Assembly (NCBI GenBank): GCA_021162545.1
Contig: JAGGYM010000060.1
Span: 1,999-65,998, forward strand
Reading direction: 5' to 3'
Length of the DNA: 64,000 nt
From: Dehalococcoidia bacterium
GTDB taxonomy: Bacteria; Chloroflexota; Dehalococcoidia; GIF9; AB-539-J10
This document shows positions 28,048-37,005 of this stretch, one piece after another. The position numbers were made by a program, and so were the translations under genes. The stretch's first letter is position 1. Every line of letters starts with the position of its first letter. The notes beneath the pieces were generated by a model that did not search any database, was not told the DNA's origin, and saw only the letters and a program-made list of their open reading frames with translations.

Positions 28048-28828
28048 ATCTGTACATTCTGATGATGAGCAGAGACAAAGCGACCACCAGCACGATCAGG
28101 CTGATAACCTGTCCCTGCTGCAATCCCCAGAGGTAAGAGGTATCGGCATAGCGGAAAAATCTCAAGCCGAAGTCCCCGATGGCGTAGAGGCAGAGGTAAA
28201 GGAAGAAAAGGACCCCCCGTGGCTTGAGCCTGCCGCGCAGCTTCCACACAATGGCGAAGACGATGAAATTCCATGCCACGAAGTACAGCTGTGTGGGGTA
28301 AAGGGGTACCCCCCAGTATTGGGGAGGAATAGTATCACGGGGAGAATATATCACCGCTCCAGGAAATGAACTGAAGGGGCTGAGTTTGCCGAAGCAGCAG
28401 CCATTCAGGGTACACCCTATTCTGCCTATGGCCTGGCCCAGTGGCGCACCCACAGCTATGGCTTCGGCCACGCTATCCAGGCTTCGGAAAGGCTTCTTTT
28501 GTACCAGCATGTATATCCAGGCTGCCAGGACGGCACCAAGAATAGCTCCGTACAGAGCCAGGCCGGCAGACCCGAAGACCTCTGCGGGATGGACTACATA
28601 ATAAGACCAGTAGTCGATAAGGTGTACTAACCTTCCTCCCAGGAAGCCTCCAATAATGCCCCAGAGAAAAAGGCTGAGAAGGAAATCCTGGGAGACGCCG
28701 AGCCTTTTCGTTTCACGAAGGGTGATGACCAGTATTGCCACAACTGCCAGGGTCACCATGATTCCATACCACCTGACGGTGAGGGAACCGAGAGAGAATG
28801 CCACAGGGTCTATGCTGATGATTAACAT
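27983..28828 (-). CDS. lgt: Prolipoprotein diacylglyceryl transferase Lgt
   Basis: 281 aa polytopic membrane protein with the Lgt signature region (GRIGCTLNGCCFG). Its 3' end overlaps the recJ 3' end by 65 nt (convergent). Confidence 0.85.
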   Translation of the reverse strand: MLIISIDPVAFSLGSLTVRWYGIMVTLAVVAILVITLRETKRLGVSQDFLLSLFLWGIIGGFLGGRLVHLIDYWSYYVVHPAEVFGSAGLALYGAILGAVLAAWIYMLVQKKPFRSLDSVAEAIAVGAPLGQAIGRIGCTLNGCCFGKLSPFSSFPGAVIYSPRDTIPPQYWGVPLYPTQLYFVAWNFIVFAIVWKLRGRLKPRGVLFFLYLCLYAIGDFGLRFFRYADTSYLWGLQQGQVISLIVLVVALSLLIIRMYRFKHEASLEPVGESETEQYQEH

Positions 28829-30235
28829 CTAGGCTCTTCTCTTGCGCAGTTTGAACCAGGGGTGATAGCTGATGATGGATTCTTCATCCATCTCGTCATT
28901 TACCATCTGATTGAAAACCCTCAGGTAGTCTGCAATTCTATCGGGCATGAGGAAGTGTTCCCTGACGTATTGATGAGCTTTATTTCCTGCCAGCTCTGCT
29001 TCCTTGGGATTGTTCAGCAGGCGAACTATTCTTCTGGCCGCTTTCCTGGATGAGTTGATAAAGAATCCCGTTTCCCCTCCCCTTACCTGGAGAGGTATGG
29101 ACCCCACTTCTCTGGTTATCACGGGCTTTTTCTTCCACATGGCTTCGGTGATGACCAGGCCGAAGCCTTCCTTGGTGGAGGGCTGCAAAATTATCCTGGC
29201 TGCTCTCTGGAGTGCATTCACTTCCAGCGCGTTGACCTCTATATCATCGGGCAGGCTGATGATGCGAATGCCGGGCTCCCCCTTTGTATCCTCGCAAATC
29301 TGATTGAATATCCTCATTCCCTCGGGGTCGTCGCTGGCCATGTTCCCGGCTATTATTAACTGGCAATTCACTTCACCGCGAGCGAGCTTGTAGGCGCTGA
29401 TGGTAGTATCGATGCCCTTCCAGGGATCAAATCTGCCTACCTGAACCAGGAGGGGTATGGAGGAATCAATCTGGTACTTCTCAAGCACCCGGGCAATTTC
29501 ATCGAAGCCCAGGTCCTTATTCTTGGTAGAAAGAGGATCTATGAAGGGTGGGCTGATGAACTTGGGCAGTGGCCAGTGCTGAATGACATAATGGGCTCCG
29601 GAAAACATGACGGCGTCGTAAAAATCCGCCCAGGAAGAGACGAACTGCCATAAGACGGGATTCGCCTCCAGCGTTTCCTCCTCTACGTCGATGTGGCACC
29701 GCCAGAGCCACTTCTCGTTGTTTTTCTTCAGGTGCCGCGCCAGTCCGAACGGCTGCGGGTCGTGTATTATTTCTATATCGGGGCCGTATTTGTCGTGTTC
29801 CTCGCGGTGCAATTCGGCCGCTTCTGTCAGGGCGCGATGATAAATTCTTAACATGTGCCGGGTGAGTGTTCCCTTTTTGCCCTGCAACAGGTTATGAATT
29901 TCCTTGGTCACCTGGAAAAAAGACTCCTTGCCGCGTATTACCTTCCATTCGTCTTCTATGCCCAGCTGGTTCATGAAGGGAACCTGAGAATGGAGCATCT
30001 CGGCCACTCCTCCTCCCCGGGCACAAGAGTTGACCTCGAGCACCTTTATCCCCTTGAGCTTTCGTGCCAACCGGTGAATTTTCTCTATCTTCTCTTCGCC
30101 CACCAGAGGAACATACTCCTCCAGCGGGGAGACAGAGAAGGGGCGAATTCCTCTTCTCGGGCTGTAAACGGTTCCATCCTCCAAGGGATAGCTTTCTTCT
30201 ACAGGCTCGATTGGTTTGAACGTTTCTTTCCCCAT
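28829..30235 (-). CDS. treT: Trehalose glycosyltransferring synthase TreT-like GT4 glycosyltransferase
   Basis: Motifs shared with TreT as I recall them: KLKG..VNS..GGGVAEMLHS, WLWRCHID, GRFDPWKGI, MASDDPEG, STKEGFGLVITEAMWKKKPVI. Start taken at ATG 30235, which has a GAGGAGG RBS 8 nt upstream (overlapping the ftsY stop) and fits the TreT N-terminus; the longer ORF-track start at 30325 would run into ftsY. Confidence 0.75.
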   Translation of the reverse strand: MGKETFKPIEPVEESYPLEDGTVYSPRRGIRPFSVSPLEEYVPLVGEEKIEKIHRLARKLKGIKVLEVNSCARGGGVAEMLHSQVPFMNQLGIEDEWKVIRGKESFFQVTKEIHNLLQGKKGTLTRHMLRIYHRALTEAAELHREEHDKYGPDIEIIHDPQPFGLARHLKKNNEKWLWRCHIDVEEETLEANPVLWQFVSSWADFYDAVMFSGAHYVIQHWPLPKFISPPFIDPLSTKNKDLGFDEIARVLEKYQIDSSIPLLVQVGRFDPWKGIDTTISAYKLARGEVNCQLIIAGNMASDDPEGMRIFNQICEDTKGEPGIRIISLPDDIEVNALEVNALQRAARIILQPSTKEGFGLVITEAMWKKKPVITREVGSIPLQVRGGETGFFINSSRKAARRIVRLLNNPKEAELAGNKAHQYVREHFLMPDRIADYLRVFNQMVNDEMDEESIISYHPWFKLRKRRA

Positions 30236-30248
30236 AACGCTGGCCTCC

Positions 30249-31133
30249 TCAAGAAAAAATGGCATTAACGAAATTCTCCGCGTTGAACGGCAGCAAATCC
30301 TGCAGCTTTTCGCCCGTTCCCACATAGGTGATGGGTATCTTCAGCTCATCGCAGATGGCAAAGGTAATCCCTCCCCTGGCCATGCTGTCCAGCTTGGCCA
30401 GAAAGATATCGGTTACGCCTATGGCCTGGGTGAAATACCTCGCCTGAGTCAGGCCATTTTGCCCCGTGGTGGAATCTATTACCAGCAGAACCTGCTGGGG
30501 AGCCGAGCCATTGCGCCTGGAGGCCACTCTTCTTATTTTCTTGAGCTCCTCCATCAGGTTAGATTTGGTGTGGAGCCGCCCCGCCGTGTCGATAATCACT
30601 ACGTCGGCACCCCGGCTATAGGCTGCTTCGATGGTATCAAAGGTAACCGCACCAGGGTCAGAGTGGAGTTTGTGTGCGATGACCTCAGCTCCTGCCCTCT
30701 TGCCCCAGTATTGCAGTTGCTCAATAGCTGCCGCCCGGAAAGTATCCGCCGCCCCCAGAAGAACTCTTTTCCCCTGAGTGGTATAGCTATAGGCCAGCTT
30801 GGCTATGCTGGTAGTCTTGCCCGAGCCGTTGACTCCCACCACAAGGATAACCATCGGGGATGAGGCAGATACACTGGTATAGGGTACGGTCAACAGGTCT
30901 ATCATCTCTCCCTTCAAAGCTGTCTTGACCTGTGCGGGGTCAATCAGTTTATCGTCCTTTACTCTTTGCTTGACCTTGCCCAGCAGCTTATCCGTGGTCT
31001 CTATGCCAACATCAGCGAGGATGAGCAATTCTTCCAGTTCTTCCCACGTTTCCTCTCCGATGGCCCCCCGGTTGAAAAGGCGCGTTATCTTGCCAAACCA
31101 GCTTTCTCCTTTTCTATCTGCCTTGCCGAACAA
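30249..31133 (-). CDS. ftsY: Signal recognition particle receptor FtsY (short NG-domain form)
   Basis: 294 aa. SRP GTPase motifs: GVNGSGKTTS (G1), DTAGR (G3). N-domain helical bundle. No long acidic A-domain. Confidence 0.9.
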   Translation of the reverse strand: MFGKADRKGESWFGKITRLFNRGAIGEETWEELEELLILADVGIETTDKLLGKVKQRVKDDKLIDPAQVKTALKGEMIDLLTVPYTSVSASSPMVILVVGVNGSGKTTSIAKLAYSYTTQGKRVLLGAADTFRAAAIEQLQYWGKRAGAEVIAHKLHSDPGAVTFDTIEAAYSRGADVVIIDTAGRLHTKSNLMEELKKIRRVASRRNGSAPQQVLLVIDSTTGQNGLTQARYFTQAIGVTDIFLAKLDSMARGGITFAICDELKIPITYVGTGEKLQDLLPFNAENFVNAIFS

Positions 31134-31344
31134 AAAATCTCCCCGTTAGCTCATCGCAATCAATTTAGATGTAATAATATCACAAATCCAGACCCCGAAT
31201 TGAATCCCTGCAGATAGCTTAACCTGCTTGGTTGATTGACAGAAACTGCTCCATGGTTCATGTTGCACCACCTGGAACTCCTCGCAACGACAGGGGAATG
31301 TCCGCTCGCCAAATCCACAAATTAAAGTTTAGCCATAAATAATG

Positions 31345-31374
31345 TTGACATCATTACATAAGATTGCTTAGAAT
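31345..31374 (+). promoter_or_regulatory. Sigma70-like promoter immediately upstream of the tubulin-like gene; transcript probably leaderless or nearly so
   Basis: TTGACA at 31345-31350, 18-nt spacer, TAGAAT at 31369-31374. The ATG at 31381 is only 6 nt after the -10 box and has no Shine-Dalgarno sequence. Confidence 0.45.
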
Positions 31375-31380
31375 AAATCC

Positions 31381-32553
31381 ATGAAGTTATTAGTTATAGG
31401 ATTAGGTCAATGTGGTGGTAGAATTGCCGACAGATTCGCCCGCCTGAACAAGAGGGCTCATGCACAACGAGGAATCCAGATCATCGCTGATGCGTTCGCT
31501 ATAAACACAGACGTTACGGACCTGAGCGGATTGCGCACCATCGGCCCCGACTACAAACACAGAATCCTCATCGGGGGGTCACAGACCAACGGCCATGGCG
31601 TAGGCAAGGTAAGTGAATTTGGCGCCGAGATAGCAAAAGAGGACAGCGACAAGGTCATAGACGCCCTGAGAACCTCAGAGCGTTTCCACGACACAGACGC
31701 TTTCATGCTTATAGCCAGCACTTCCGGAGGCACCGGATCAGGAGCAATAGGCGTCCTGACTCAGCTCCTGAAGGAGCGCTATATCGGAAAGCCGGTTTAC
31801 AACGTTGTCGTTCTTCCCTTCCGACAGGAAGAAACGACGGAAGCAAGAACTGTGTACAACACGGCCATATGTCTCAAATCCGTATATCTAGCAGCCGACG
31901 CCATCTTTCTTATCGACAACCAGAGGTACGTCAAGAAAAATGCCTCGCTTATGAGAAACATGGATGTCATCAATGCCCGGGTGGTTGAGCCATTTTACAA
32001 CTTGCTCTGTGCTGGAGAGGAAACGAACCAGCGGTTCGTCGGGTCAAAGGTACTCGATGCCGGCGATATAATGCAAACCCTGGCGGGATGGACAGTGTTG
32101 GGAGAGGGTTCTTCCCCTCTTCAAAAGAAGAGGTTTTCCTTCGGGGTGAAGCACGATTTCAGAGATAAGATGTCTGAAACCAGCAGGGGGGCCCAGTGCA
32201 TGGACGCAGCGCTGGGAGAGTTATCCCTTCCCTGCGAACCTAAAGACGCCAGGAGAGCACTATACCTCATCACTGCACCACCCAAGGAAATAAACATGGA
32301 CATAGTTAAGGAAGTTGGTGATAACCTGAGAGGCATAGCTCCCAACGCGCTGATAAGGAGCGGCGACTACCCACGGGGGAAAGATACCCTGAGCGTTTCT
32401 GTAGTCCTCTCTGAACTTACAGCGGTGAGGAAAATCACGAACTACTTTACCCAGGCGCTCGACCTGATCGCTACCATGAAGGCAAGGCAGGGATTGCAAC
32501 TACCCAGCAGGAAGTTCGAAGAAACCTTCAATGACATCCCTGTCCTGCTATAG
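31381..32553 (+). CDS. Tubulin/FtsZ-superfamily GTPase, tubulin/CetZ-like (not canonical FtsZ)
   Basis: 390 aa. N-terminal MKLLVIGLGQCGGRIADRF (GQCG glycine loop T1, as in tubulin GQCGNQ and CetZ GQAGG, not the FtsZ GGGGNA). T4 signature ASTSGGTGSG fits the tubulin pattern [SAG]GGTG[SA]G. Preceding NGHGVGK loop. T7-like region LIDNQ. Central helix and C-terminal domain present. No acidic tail. Confidence 0.75.
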   Translation: MKLLVIGLGQCGGRIADRFARLNKRAHAQRGIQIIADAFAINTDVTDLSGLRTIGPDYKHRILIGGSQTNGHGVGKVSEFGAEIAKEDSDKVIDALRTSERFHDTDAFMLIASTSGGTGSGAIGVLTQLLKERYIGKPVYNVVVLPFRQEETTEARTVYNTAICLKSVYLAADAIFLIDNQRYVKKNASLMRNMDVINARVVEPFYNLLCAGEETNQRFVGSKVLDAGDIMQTLAGWTVLGEGSSPLQKKRFSFGVKHDFRDKMSETSRGAQCMDAALGELSLPCEPKDARRALYLITAPPKEINMDIVKEVGDNLRGIAPNALIRSGDYPRGKDTLSVSVVLSELTAVRKITNYFTQALDLIATMKARQGLQLPSRKFEETFNDIPVLL

Positions 32554-32667
32554 AAAACAGCTAGCATCTCTGGGTTTGCCTGCCAGCGGCAACCATCTCC
32601 TGTAGCGCTGCCCCTCGAGATGAAGATAAAGCGGGTTTGCCTTCAGCGAAAGGGCTCGCCTGTTCTG

Positions 32668-33105
32668 CTATTTCTTGCTCTTGGTAAAGATATCCCAGCT
32701 CTGCTCCATGCCCTCATTGCGAGCTTCCAGGCTCTTCAACTCAGTTTCCTCGCGAGCCTTCATCGCCAGGGAAATGCTTTCCTCACAGGCCTTGCGAGCC
32801 TTCCCCTCTACTTCTTCACGGACCCTTAATGCCTGCGCTACACTTTCTTCACAGGTCTTCCTTGCTTTCTCCCTGGCCTCCAAATAAGCCTTCTCTATCT
32901 TCTGCTGCTGGTCCCTGTAAGCCCTTTCAACCTCACGCTCAGCTTCGATATAAGCAGCGTAAGCCATGACCGCCCGCTGCTGAATTTCACCGAGGCCCGT
33001 TCCCTCTGCAGGTTGCTCAACAACCTTCCTGGCAACCTTTTTAGCTTCCTGTTCTATTTCCTCGGGTTTCTGTTCAACTGCCCCATGACTTTCCATCCCT
33101 GGCAT
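32668..33105 (-). CDS. Small charged alpha-helical coiled-coil protein with tandem about 22-aa Cys-containing repeats
   Basis: 145 aa. AAGGAGG RBS 6 nt upstream of the ATG. Repeats KARKTCEESVAQALRVREEV / KARKACEESISLAMKAREET and AY-rich heptad-like segments. No TM segment or signal peptide. Confidence 0.6.
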   Translation of the reverse strand: MPGMESHGAVEQKPEEIEQEAKKVARKVVEQPAEGTGLGEIQQRAVMAYAAYIEAEREVERAYRDQQQKIEKAYLEAREKARKTCEESVAQALRVREEVEGKARKACEESISLAMKAREETELKSLEARNEGMEQSWDIFTKSKK

Positions 33106-33232
33106 AATGCACCTCCTTCAGTTACTACAGGTCCTAATTTTATTACACTTAACTGGATCCATTCAAGAAACAAAGCGGAAGCAAGGAAACCACTTCAAGG
33201 TACTCCCACGTCATGGTTATCCCCGGGCTACC

Positions 33233-34843
33233 TCAAGAGTCATCTTCTTCTTCAACTTCCTCTCCAATTTGCTCCTTATCAGATTGATACATCTTGGACA
33301 GGAAATCCAGGCGCGCCTTGATATCCCGTCCCGCCTTTTGAGGAGCTTCGCTCTTCCCCTTTTTGCTTTCAGCCTGGCTCAGCGCTGCCTCGAAGGCTCT
33401 TGGCGACGCTTCAGAAAATTTCTCCGCCGCACCTTCATCCACAGGGCCAGCGATCCCACTGAACTCCTGCGCTTTTTTCAAGGCTTCCCGGAATGCCTTT
33501 ATCGACGCTCTGGCCGCCCTCTGTGCTGACTTGCCCGCTTCTTCATTCCTTTCGACCGCATCTTCCAGCAGCCGGATCGACGTCTCCACCGATTCTCTGG
33601 CTACCTTTATCGAGTCCGCAGTCGCCTCCCTGGCCAACCGCACAGACTCCTCAGCAGCCTCTCTGGCCGACTGACTCACCTTTATTGCTTCCCGCGATAC
33701 CTTTTGAGCTTCAGCAGTAGCCTCTTCCGACAGCTTGCCCACCTCTTCAGCTTTACTCATGGATTCCTCCGCCACCCTCCTCGCTTCCTCAGCAATCCTG
33801 GTAACCTCCAGATTGGTAGTTTCAGCCCTGCTTATCGCTTCCAGCGATATCTTCTGCGCCTCATCGGCAGATTCATGGGACATCTGGCTTATTTCTTCAG
33901 ATCTGCTCACCGCTTCCCGTGAAGCCATCATCGACCTCTCCATATCTCTCCTGGAGGATTTGATTGACGCCTCAGCTCTATCTATAATTTCCTGGGATGA
34001 TGCCACCAGGGCCATGGCTTCTTCCCGAGACTCTTTCTCTATCTCCCTGGCCCTGTTCAGCACCTCCTCCGTTGCCCTTTTAGCCCTGACATTGGCCTCT
34101 TGAGCTATCCGTCTCCCCTCCTCAGATTTGCGCATAGCTTCATCAAATGTCCTCGCTGTTGCCTCCGCAGTTGATTTCGCCACTTTGCTTACCTTTTCAG
34201 CCATGTTGACAGCTTCCTGCGCTGCCTTTTTTGCTTCCCTGGAGACCTTCGTGATTTCTCTGTTCATCTCCTCTCCTCTGCCCACCGCATCCCGCGACGT
34301 TTCTCTAGCATCTTTGGCCACTTCCCGCGTTACCTTGCCCATCTCTTCAACTTTGCTCAGCGCCTCCTGAGAAGCCTTTCTCGCCCCCTCAGCTTCCTCC
34401 CATGATACCTGTCCTACACCTTCAACTCTCTCTATCCTCTCTTGCGATTCCCTTACCGATGCCTCAACAGTTTTCTGAATTGACTCGATCTTCCCCTCAA
34501 GTTTATTCACCGTATCCTCAAACACTTTCGCCGAGGCTTCGGCTGTCTTCGTCATTGCCTCGATTGAGGCCTCTGCCCTTTCCACTGCATTCTGAGACGC
34601 CTTTGTCACCGCGTCAGAGGTCTTCCGTGCTGCCTGGCTTGCCTTTTCCACCCGCCGCACCAGTTCCTGCAGCGTTCTTTTGGCTTCCCTAGCAGCTTCT
34701 TGAGTTTCATCACTTATTCTCTCAACCCTATTGATGGCATCCTGCGACGCATGCGATGATTCCTTGGCCGCCTCCTGAGCCGCCAGGCTCAGCATCTTCG
34801 CCTTGGCTACCGTCTCTTCAAAGGAATTGTTGCCATCTGCCAT
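33233..34843 (-). CDS. Large 11-mer-repeat amphipathic-helix / coiled-coil protein (LEA-, apolipoprotein- or phasin-like architecture) with acidic C-terminal tail
   Basis: 536 aa, almost entirely A/E/R/K/S. Clear 11-residue periodicity, e.g. REAIKVSQSAR|EAAEESVRLAR|EATADSIKVAR|ESVETSIRLLE. C-terminus ...EQIGEEVEEEDDS. RBS GAGGG before the ATG at 34843. Sits upstream of the 145-aa gene on the same strand. Confidence 0.65.
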   Translation of the reverse strand: MADGNNSFEETVAKAKMLSLAAQEAAKESSHASQDAINRVERISDETQEAAREAKRTLQELVRRVEKASQAARKTSDAVTKASQNAVERAEASIEAMTKTAEASAKVFEDTVNKLEGKIESIQKTVEASVRESQERIERVEGVGQVSWEEAEGARKASQEALSKVEEMGKVTREVAKDARETSRDAVGRGEEMNREITKVSREAKKAAQEAVNMAEKVSKVAKSTAEATARTFDEAMRKSEEGRRIAQEANVRAKRATEEVLNRAREIEKESREEAMALVASSQEIIDRAEASIKSSRRDMERSMMASREAVSRSEEISQMSHESADEAQKISLEAISRAETTNLEVTRIAEEARRVAEESMSKAEEVGKLSEEATAEAQKVSREAIKVSQSAREAAEESVRLAREATADSIKVARESVETSIRLLEDAVERNEEAGKSAQRAARASIKAFREALKKAQEFSGIAGPVDEGAAEKFSEASPRAFEAALSQAESKKGKSEAPQKAGRDIKARLDFLSKMYQSDKEQIGEEVEEEDDS

Positions 34844-34907
34844 GTTCCCTCTAAAAATCCCGAAGATATTTCCTCACTTTTCCATCATTCCCCTCCACGC
34901 ACGCATC

Positions 34908-34936
34908 ATTTTATTAAGAACAGCATATTTTTTCAA
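34908..34936 (-). promoter_or_regulatory. Candidate sigma70 promoter for the coiled-coil operon (minus strand), divergent from groES promoter
   Basis: On the minus strand: TTGAAA, 17-nt spacer, TAAAAT. About 65 bp upstream of the 536-aa ORF start. Confidence 0.35.
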
Positions 34937-34939
34937 CTG

Positions 34940-34967
34940 TTGACGGACAAATTTTTTGTGCTATAAT
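34940..34967 (+). promoter_or_regulatory. groES promoter (TTGACG -16- TATAAT)
   Basis: TTGACG at 34940-34945, 16-nt spacer, TATAAT at 34962-34967. CIRCE begins 2 nt downstream. Confidence 0.5.
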
Positions 34968-34968
34968 A

Positions 34969-34995
34969 TTTAGCAGTTGAGGCATGAGAGTGCTA
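34969..34995 (+). promoter_or_regulatory. CIRCE element (HrcA operator) TTAGCAGTT-N9-GAGTGCTAA
   Basis: Matches the CIRCE consensus TTAGCACTC-N9-GAGTGCTAA with 2 mismatches in the left arm. Positioned between the -10 box and the groES RBS. Confidence 0.75.
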
Positions 34996-35026
34996 AAATG
35001 AATAGAATAAAGAAAGGAGGACAGCA

Positions 35027-36948
<1,922 letters not shown>

Positions 36949-36960
36949 GCTCACAGATAA

Positions 36961-36993
36961 CAAAAAAGGGGCGATTTTATCGCCCCTTTTTTG
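36961..36993. terminator. Bidirectional rho-independent terminator between groEL and the convergent M16 peptidase gene
   Basis: AAAAAA-GGGGCGAT-TTT-ATCGCCCC-TTTTTTG: 8-bp GC-rich stem, A-tract upstream and T-tract downstream. Confidence 0.8.
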
Positions 36994-37005
36994 TTTCATA
37001 ACCAT

